From NCBI RefSeq assembly GCF_009914755.1, contig NC_060935.1: a stretch of 64,000 nucleotides of DNA; one strand, written 5' to 3'. Below are positions 54,701-64,000 of the stretch, one piece after another (positions within the stretch are counted from its first letter, which is position 1; every line of letters starts with the position of its first letter). The notes beneath the pieces are model-generated. The model did no database searches. It was not told the DNA's origin and saw nothing but the letters and a program-made list of their open reading frames with translations. Source of the DNA: the human T2T-CHM13v2.0 reference genome, Homo sapiens. A program made the translations under genes and the position numbers.

Positions 54701-55689
54701 TGGTTTGCATATATAGCTCGCCATATTACTAGAACTGGAAGTCTCTGAGCTAGAATTATAGAACCATTCCTCTGTTTATTCCAGCCCATGATGTTGGAGA
54801 GACAAAACTGAAGCTGTCCTCTGGCCTGTAGTTGGGTAGAATATTTTACTGACCTTTGCCCAGATCTTTCACCTTTGTTCTCCCTAGAGTGTTTCCAGGT
54901 ATCTCAAATGAGATGGACCAAGTCTTAAAGCACCAGTAACTTTAATGCAATAAAAAGATCAAATAGTACTTTTAGAAGGAGACAAAGGGGATTCCATAAA
55001 AGGTAAAAATCTTTAGATGCTGAGAATTTAGGGTATAGGAACCACAGCTGTTCAGATGAACTTGGGCTAGTCTTCCCTGTCACGATCACCATGTGCCTCT
55101 AGACAATAAATGCAGTTTGAGGAATGCAGTGGCACAAGATGGCTTGTGTTCACCACTGAGACTGATAAATGAGAGCTGGAAAGAGTGCTCCAGTGTCTGT
55201 CATTGAAAAGTGGGGAGATAGCCTGTACCTGGGCTCCCTCACTGTCGAGTTCATTATTCCCTCACATGGATTAATTGGCCTCTCGAGGTGAGATTGCCAC
55301 TGGTTCTGAAGGATGCCTCTCTTTACCACATTATTGCTCGCCCTTCACTCTGCTTCTGAAAGTCACCCTTGAAAACACACATTCTTCTCTACTGGTGAAG
55401 TCTGATTTATCAGCCAACTCCTCAGAGAAGAAATAACAAGATAAAAACCTCTGGCTATAAAGCACTGTTATGCATTATGCTCTGTTGGCTTTATGTCTAG
55501 ACAGAGCTAAGAGACGCCTTTGTGACCCTAGCAATACCTAGAGATGACTGTATATTTACCTCTTTTTAGAAGAAAGATGGACTTGACATTTTTATATATT
55601 AGAGGCCACAGAGGCAAAGAAAGCTCTAGCCAGGGAGACAGGAGGTGACACTTTAAAACCCTGGTCTGCCTGTCCTTCCCTGAATGAGA

Positions 55690-55950
55690 GAAAGTATAGT
55701 ATAGCCTTGCAGATAAAAACAGACCCTGGAGTCACCAACTGCCTGGGTTCCCATTCCTCACACTATCACTTTTTAATTCTATGACCTCGAGCAAGTTACT
55801 CACATCTCTGTGCCTGAGTTCCCCATCTATGAAGTGGAAATAATGGTGGTACCTATCTCATGGTGGTGTTATACAGTTCAATCATGTAAGGTACTTAGAG
55901 TATAATGCTTGACATGTAATAAGCACTCAGTAAATATGAGATATCATGAT
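55690..55950 (+). mobile_element. MIR
   Basis: ATGACCTCGAGCAAGTTACTCACATCTCTGTGCCTGAGTTCCCCATCT. Confidence 0.75.
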
Positions 55951-58598
55951 TATTATGCTAGCCCAGAGAAACTACGGTATATGCAGTTGCCGGCAATGTC
56001 TATAAAATAGTCTTCTCTTGCAGTGAGTCACAGGAGCTAACAGCTCCCATTTTGAAAGGGGAAATTGACAATGGTAGCTGGCTTATTTGAGAGAGTTGGT
56101 CCACATCCAAAAATCTTTTCAGGCCAGTACATTCTTGCCAGACTGATTGCATGTGTGGTCTAGGGTTACCATGTTCATTGCCAAGAGACATGTGAGTTAC
56201 TGAGCTAGGAGAAACCCAAATTAGGAGTACAAGGAATCAGGAGATCTCTGGGAAATGCAGTCAGAAGACTAGATAGCACTACCAGGCAGGTCCAGATTCA
56301 GAATTAGTGAGACGGATGGGGTATGAATCCCATACTCACCACCTATTCCTGTGACTGATCGTGGCTGAGTGAGCTCATCTCCTACAGATTCATGCACTTG
56401 CATATGGCTATGAGATTTTGTTTAAAATGAGCCCCCCTGTGGGTTACGTGGGCATATGCATTTTTCAGAAGTCATAGCCTGTATACTCAAGATGTGTGCA
56501 TTTTGCTGTATGGAAATTACACAGTTTTTAAAAAATGAGTTATTCCTCCCCTTAAGTTGATAGTGGAGCTTGAATAAATGTGCAGGTGGTTGCCATGGCC
56601 CACAGGGGATCCATTTGTGATTACCAGCTGGGAGGAGATACACCTGCTTGCACGTCTCTAGCAGATGTGTGTGACCTGCCCCCAACTCCTGCTAATTCTG
56701 GCCCCTTTCTTAGCCTCTTCTCCTATATCCATCTTTCCTTGGCTTCCTATTACCTTTACTTCTTTTCTCAGATCCTAGGGTTTTTTTTACTCTTTTAATT
56801 TACATTTAGTCTTTCCTTTTTTATGATCAGAAGTAACCTATGCATATTATGAGAAAGAGCAAACTGCTTAGAACTATATAAAGTAAAAAGCAAAAGTTGT
56901 TTTCAGTTCCCCAGAAGTGACCAGCATGATTTGGTGAAAATGCAACCAGACTTTTCTATATATGCATGTCGTGTATCTATGTGCCTATATAATACAAATA
57001 TATAGATGTGTAGATAGAAAAATACCTACACATATATAGGGTTATGTTGTTTTATTATAGGAACGGAATCCTACAAAACATCTTTCATGGCACTACATAG
57101 AGCACTGCCACCCCATTCTTTTTCAGTGGCTATCATATATCCACTATTTGGATATATTAACCACTCTTTTTTCCGTATTTCTAACTTTAGTCAAGGTGGA
57201 CATACAGCTCAGCTGAGAAGCAGACACATTGTGAAATGGACTCCCCCAAAAGAGTTTCATCTGACTTATCCCTTCTCCGCAATAAAATCTTGGATTCTGG
57301 GTGTGTTTGTTTTAGATGCTGTGGTACCGGCTGGTTTTAGCAACAAGGACAGTGTTGGTAGGGTGAGAAACACTATCCCAAGTCATATGTCTGTGTGACT
57401 ACAGGACATTTCTTTTGAATGCCACAAGGATGATTTATATGATTACTGGAGACAAGCCTCTGTCTCCTGAAGACAGGCCAAGATAACGTTAGATTGAATT
57501 TCAAGAGATGAAAGTGAGGTTTTTAAGTAATAGCAAAGCCTTGTGTTTCTGTAGTACTTTGTGCTTTTTGAAGTGCTTTCACAGTCATTATCCTGTTTGA
57601 TCCTACTAAGAACCCTGAAAGTACATAGGTTGGTGGTTTTTATCCTGAGACTACAAATGATACCAAGGATAACGATGAGTAGGAATCAGAGCTAGAATTA
57701 ACCCCTATTTTCTTACTATTGACCCAGCATGCTTTCTATGTTGAAAAGTGCACCACATCGAGAAGAGATTGGTCACCGCAGCACAGGGCACGCAGAATTC
57801 CATTAGTATCACTTACCTGGGAAGTCCAGGTGCCTTCAATAGTTGAGGGGAGTAAATGATATGACTACCTACCTTCAAAACTTGTAGTTTAAAGTGGTAA
57901 CTTGAATACTCACATTTACCTCTGTTTCCTTCCTCTAAAAGAATGGTTTTTTAAAGGGTAAATCCACAGGGACAAAGAAAAGGAGAGGAAAACCAGCAAA
58001 AAAAAAAAAAAAAAAAAAAAATTGTGGAAGCTGGAGAACAAATGGGTGAGCTATGACTGGATTAGTGAACTCAGAAAATGGAATTCTAAGCTGGCACTCA
58101 GGAGAACCAAGAGGCAACCAGATATACTTCCAGAAGGCCTGGGAATTGGCAACTTGAGATAACTCTGGAAACAGAAGAGATGGGCTAAAAATGGGAAGAT
58201 TAGTTGAAATTTCGTTAGGAAGCTATGACACTTTCATATTCCTTCCCTATGCTACACAGCCTAGCGACTGCCCCTCTCACACCCAGGCAGAAGACTGGAG
58301 CTTACTCTCTGCTGAGGGTAGAACAGGTCTCTGGAATACCAGATATGAAGCACAGCTGAGAATGGGGGTCCGTTTCTGAAAACAGGGATTTAGCATAAGT
58401 CAACATAATGAACATTGAAACTACTAGCCCTTTTCCTCAAGTCAGGTCCCAGAACACAGCCAGCCAGGCTCATATTCCTTCTAAGCAGGAGTTTATAAAA
58501 GTCTTCTTTGGGAAAACTCACCAGTTTAAGAGATTGGATGTCAATGAAGTGGCCCAACTGAATCATCTAATGGTGAAGCCCACAACCAAGAGCTTTTT

Positions 58599-59199
<601 letters not shown>

Positions 59200-59579
59200 T
59201 TTTTTTTATTATTATTATACTTTAAGTTCTAGGGTACATGTGCACAACATGCAGGTTTGTTACATATGTATACATGTGCCATGTTGGTGTGCTGCACCCA
59301 TTAACTCGTCATTTACATTAGGTATATCTCCTAATGCTTTCCCTCCCCCCTTCCCCCACCCCACAACAGGCCCCACTGTGTGATGTTCCATTTCCTGTGT
59401 CCAAATGTTCTCATTGTTCAGTTCCCACCTATGAGTGAGAACATGTGGTGTTTGGTTTTTTGTTCTTGCGATAGTTTGCTGAGAATGATGACTTCCAGCT
59501 TCATCCATGTCCCTACAAAGGACATGAACTCATCCTTTTTTATGGCTGCATAGTATTCCATGGTGTATATGTGCCACAT
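59200..59579 (-). mobile_element. 5'-truncated L1PA 3' end (~380 bp)
   Basis: TTATTATACTTTAAGTTCTAGGGTACATGTGCACAAC...GTATATGTGCCACAT. Confidence 0.93.
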
Positions 59580-59889
59580 AGCTTTTTAGTGTCCCACACT
59601 TAAAAATGAGTGTCAGCCAAGGATCACCAGACATTTGACACTTGACAGAAACCTTGAATATGAAAGACAGAACACTCACACATCTAGGGGGAGGGGGGAG
59701 GGGAGGAGGAGGAGAAAGAGGAGAAAAGCATTTTGGAGGGAAACAGGCTATATCAAGAGAAGGAAACTTAAAACAGAAAAACCTAAAAGATGACTGAAGA
59801 TACAGAATCCTTGAAATAAAAATAAGATGCCTCCCCTCTTTTAAAGGACTAAACAGGAAAGGACTCATAGAAATTTAACTTGAAAAAGT

Positions 59890-60135
59890 TGGGATTGTTT
59901 AAGGTCAGGAAATCAAGACTAGTGTGGGCAACATAGTGAGACCCCATCTTCACAAACAATTTAAAAAATATATTAGTTGGGTGTGGCGGCACATGCCTGT
60001 AGTCCTAGCTACTCAGTTGGCTGAGGTGGGAGGATTGCTTGATCCCAGGAGTTAAAGTCTGCCGTGAGTTATGATTGCACCACTGCATTCCAGCCTGGGC
60101 AACAGAGTGAGACCTTGTCTCTAAAAAAACATAAT
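59890..60135 (+). mobile_element. 5'-truncated AluJ
   Basis: GGGCAACATAGTGAGACCCC...GAGGATTGCTTGA...GAGACCTTGTCTCTAAAA. Confidence 0.85.
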
Positions 60136-60795
60136 AATGGAAAAAGTTAGGTCATAAATTTGAAGGTATATCCCAGAAGGTAGAAAAACACAAGGAAATT
60201 GAAAATAAGAAAAACTGAAGACCGGGTTAGGAGATATATATCCAAATCGTAGGAATTCTAGAGAGAAGAGAGAAAAAAAATGAGAAATTGAAGAAAATGC
60301 TCCCTGAACCAAAGAACAGTGGTTTTCAGACAGAAAAGAGCCCACCTAATGCTCAGATTGGTGAATGACAGTAAACCACACCAAACACATCATTATGAAA
60401 TTTCAGAACATTGGGCAAAAAGAAGATCCTACAAGTTTCTAGAGAGGGCATTACAAAAATAAATACATAAATGAAAGTAAGTGTTTTTACAAAGGTTCAA
60501 GAATCAAAATTGTGTCAGTCTTCTCAATAACATTGGACATGAGAAGACAGTTCTGAAACAAATCGTTTCAACTCAAGTTCTGTACTATAAAGACATTTTC
60601 AGAAATGATTAAAAAGTTACTCTCATACAGTCCTTTCAAGAAGCTGCTAATAAATACGGTCTACCAAAACCAAGGGAGTAAACCAAGAAAAAGAAAGACA
60701 CAGGATATGGGAAATTGGGGATCCAACCTTAGAGAGTGAAAAGGAGCCTCTGGAATGACACTGAAGGGCCATCACAGGGTGGCGGCTGTGTATCA

Positions 60796-61368
<573 letters not shown>

Positions 61369-62489
61369 CTAAACAAATGGGGAGGGGGAAACTTTTGTTT
61401 TCCCAGGAACAAAAGTGTTCAAATCATAGTATACCTGTGTTGTTCATCTGTAGCATTTTCTTGATCAAGATAATAAAAACAGTGATTATCTGTAATTACT
61501 GTCTAACTAAGGGGCTTGAAAATGGGCATATGTGTGGCAGTGGCAGAGATGGTAATAAACTAGAACTAAATCCTCACCTTTTAGAGTGGGAAGACAATAG
61601 ATAATTCCTCAAACTAAAGAATCACAAAGTAGCATACAAGCATGCTATTTAGAGATAAGGCAGTAAGCTTTCAAAAGAGCTAACCAAAATAGTAGAAAAT
61701 GACTACTTCTGGAAGATGAGGGTCAAAGAATGCGATCGCTTTTATCAAGCCTCTTACAACTATTTGACTCTTTAAATTGTGTGCACATGTTACTTTGATA
61801 GAAATAAAAGTGGAATTTCAAGAATGCGCTGGTAGGAACAATTGGTCTGTGACACTACTTGCACTTTAAACGTGAGCTATCAAACAAAAACCTCTTTCAA
61901 GCATCTCTAGCCTCGCAACAGATGATCTGGGCATGCAGAAGACCACTGCACCCCCACTTGTCTCCCAATCTTGGATCCACCTTAATGATGGAAGCACAGA
62001 TGCTGTGGGAACATTTCAGAAGCCTGTGACCTGACTTTTTTCTCTGCAGGTAACTGCAGGATGAGTGGTTTTTTGAAAAACCCAATTCTGAGCATTTTGG
62101 TCTACCACAAACTAGAGGAGAAGGCAGAAGTGCCATCTAAATGGGTTTGGGTCACACACAAAGCATCACAAGGCCGCTTTGTGGGGTAAGTTATAATGCT
62201 GCCCTGCTCTTCAAAGCAAAGCCACATGCATATATCTGGCATATGTGCAGGATAAGAATTCATTCTCTTTTTCTCTCACACTCCTAGGCAACCTGGATTA
62301 GGTCCAGGGCATGAATTGTGACACCTTCCATTACAAACTCCAAATGCAGAATGTGTTACCGGAGTTGTCTCCCTGGAACCTTTTAGGGTGAATGATGGAG
62401 ACTCCTTTCCTGAGATGAGATCTTGCCACTTGCTCCCCGGCCAAACCAGCCAAAGCCTCAGGGGCCAAATGCACATGCTCGTGAGTATA

Positions 62490-62890
62490 GCAATTCAGAG
62501 CATGGACTTTGGAGCCAAACTCAACGGAGTTCAAATCTGGACCTTGCTACTTACTAGCTGGGTGCAACTCAGAGGAAGTTACTCCACTTCCCTGATCCTC
62601 CATTTTCTCTTCTGTAAAATGGGAATAATAGTAGTGTCTATGTTGTAACATTAAAGAAGACCTAGGATATGCTTTTAGCACCTATCATACATTAGCTATT
62701 AACTCAGTATTATATTTGCTGTATCATTGTGGGAAAATCACGGAATCTCTCCGAGCCCCAGTTTCCTCATCTGTAAAATGGGGGTAATGCTGCATCCTCG
62801 AGAGTGTTGGGAACATTCTGTGAGCCAATGTATACAAATTGCTTAGCCCAAAATATGGCAACTAGTGAGAGCTCAATTCATGAAGGTGAT
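62490..62890 (+). mobile_element. Two MIR fragments
   Basis: TTCTGTAAAATGGGAATAATAGTAG and CAGTTTCCTCATCTGTAAAATGGGG cores. Confidence 0.75.
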
Positions 62891-63809
62891 TATTACTTTC
62901 CTGCCTTTTCCTTTCCACAGCTTCTCTCCTAATTCAGGCCTACTTTCCTTTTGTCTGGCCACCAAAATAGCTTATCTGGCCACCCTGAGTCTCTCTCCCT
63001 CTTTCTGCTGTAGCTCATCCTGCATACAGTCGCCAGAACAATTTTACATCAACACGGCTTTTATCACTTCCCACACCTGCTGAGGAGCCCACTGCGGTTA
63101 GAAGATCGAAACACCCCAGCCTGTTATTTAAAGCTTTGCACGCTGAGATGTGTGCTTTGCATCTTTTCTGTCCAGCCAGTCACCTTATTCCTCATCTACC
63201 TTTGTGCCTACTGCCTCTGTGTGCTAGATGTTGTCGCATGCCCCTCCCAGCTCTCCTGTTAAGAGCACCACTTAGTTTTAATAATTGATTTGAAATGAAA
63301 CCCACTTCTTTCAAAAATTCGCCCTGACACCTTTACCCTCCTCATTCCTTTATGCCTTGTCTTAGCAGCCTTTGGGGCTATAGCCAGCACTGGTCTCATG
63401 CAGCTTTGAGTAAATTTCCTTGTCCTGAAAAGCCACCGAGTGTAGTGGAAAGGGCTTGAGGCTTTGGAGGTCTGACAGATTTGGATTCAGATCTTAGCTC
63501 TGCCACTTACTAGCTGAGACATCTTGGGAATGTTATTTTACTTCTCAATGTTCTCACCAAATAGGAATTTATAAACTGGGAATACTGTCATTATTCCCAG
63601 TTTACAAATGGGGACATTGAGAGGTGAGATAACACATGAGATTATTATTACATAAAGTTCTTAGTATCACATCTGGCATTTAGCTGCTTACATATTACAG
63701 TTCCCTTCCCCTTGTTGTTTCATTTGTGCATGGTTTTTTGCTTTGCCAGAATACAGGCTCCTTAGGTGCAGGGCCCGGATGTTTTGTCTGTGTACCTTAG
63801 CCCCCTGAG

Positions 63810-64000
63810 TTGGTATATGCTAGGTGGTGCTTTGGTAACTTACAGGCCCAAGTCTCAGCAGTTTCAAACAATAGAGGTTTGTTTCCCACTTGCTTTGTAG
63901 GTCCGTGATGGATTAGTAGGGCAGGCGTCTCTCATCTTAGTTACCCAGGGAGCTAGGCCACTCACATTTCACTGGCCAAAGCCCATCACCTAGCCAGATC
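63810..64000 (-). mobile_element. Old MLT1 (J/K/L-like) fragment running off the window
   Basis: CCCAAGTCTCAGCAGTTTCAAACAATAGAGGTTT...CTCACATTTCACTGGCCAAAGC. Confidence 0.5.

Overview
This is primate genomic DNA, almost certainly human or great ape, because it holds a full-length SVA, AluY/S/J, L1PA/L1PB/L1M, MIR, L2, MaLR and MER repeats. I recognise no host protein-coding exon, tRNA, rRNA or CRISPR array. The ORF-track entries are Alu, SVA, L1 or microsatellite translations, or random frames. Main structures: (1) a full-length SVA (13679-15632) with a perfect 13-bp TSD inside an MLT1 LTR; (2) a four-level nest at 38.8-47.8 kb: L1MA fragment > near full-length L1PB1-like element > twin-primed, 5'-inverted L1PA with a 21-bp TSD > AluY with a 16-bp TSD; (3) several small repair or slippage scars, including a nascent repeat that creates four AP-1 sites near a CTCF-like motif, a 51-bp L1 snippet captured inside an MLT1, and an Alu stub; (4) repeat-free, homeodomain/SOX/TCF/PBX-motif-rich blocks, some retaining CpG, that look like developmental enhancers. 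Most L1s lie on the minus strand, which suggests a large intron of a plus-strand gene (inference). I found no evidence of a new multi-gene biological system. The most interesting signals are regulatory and mutational. Subfamily names come from recalled diagnostic positions and need RepeatMasker/Dfam confirmation.
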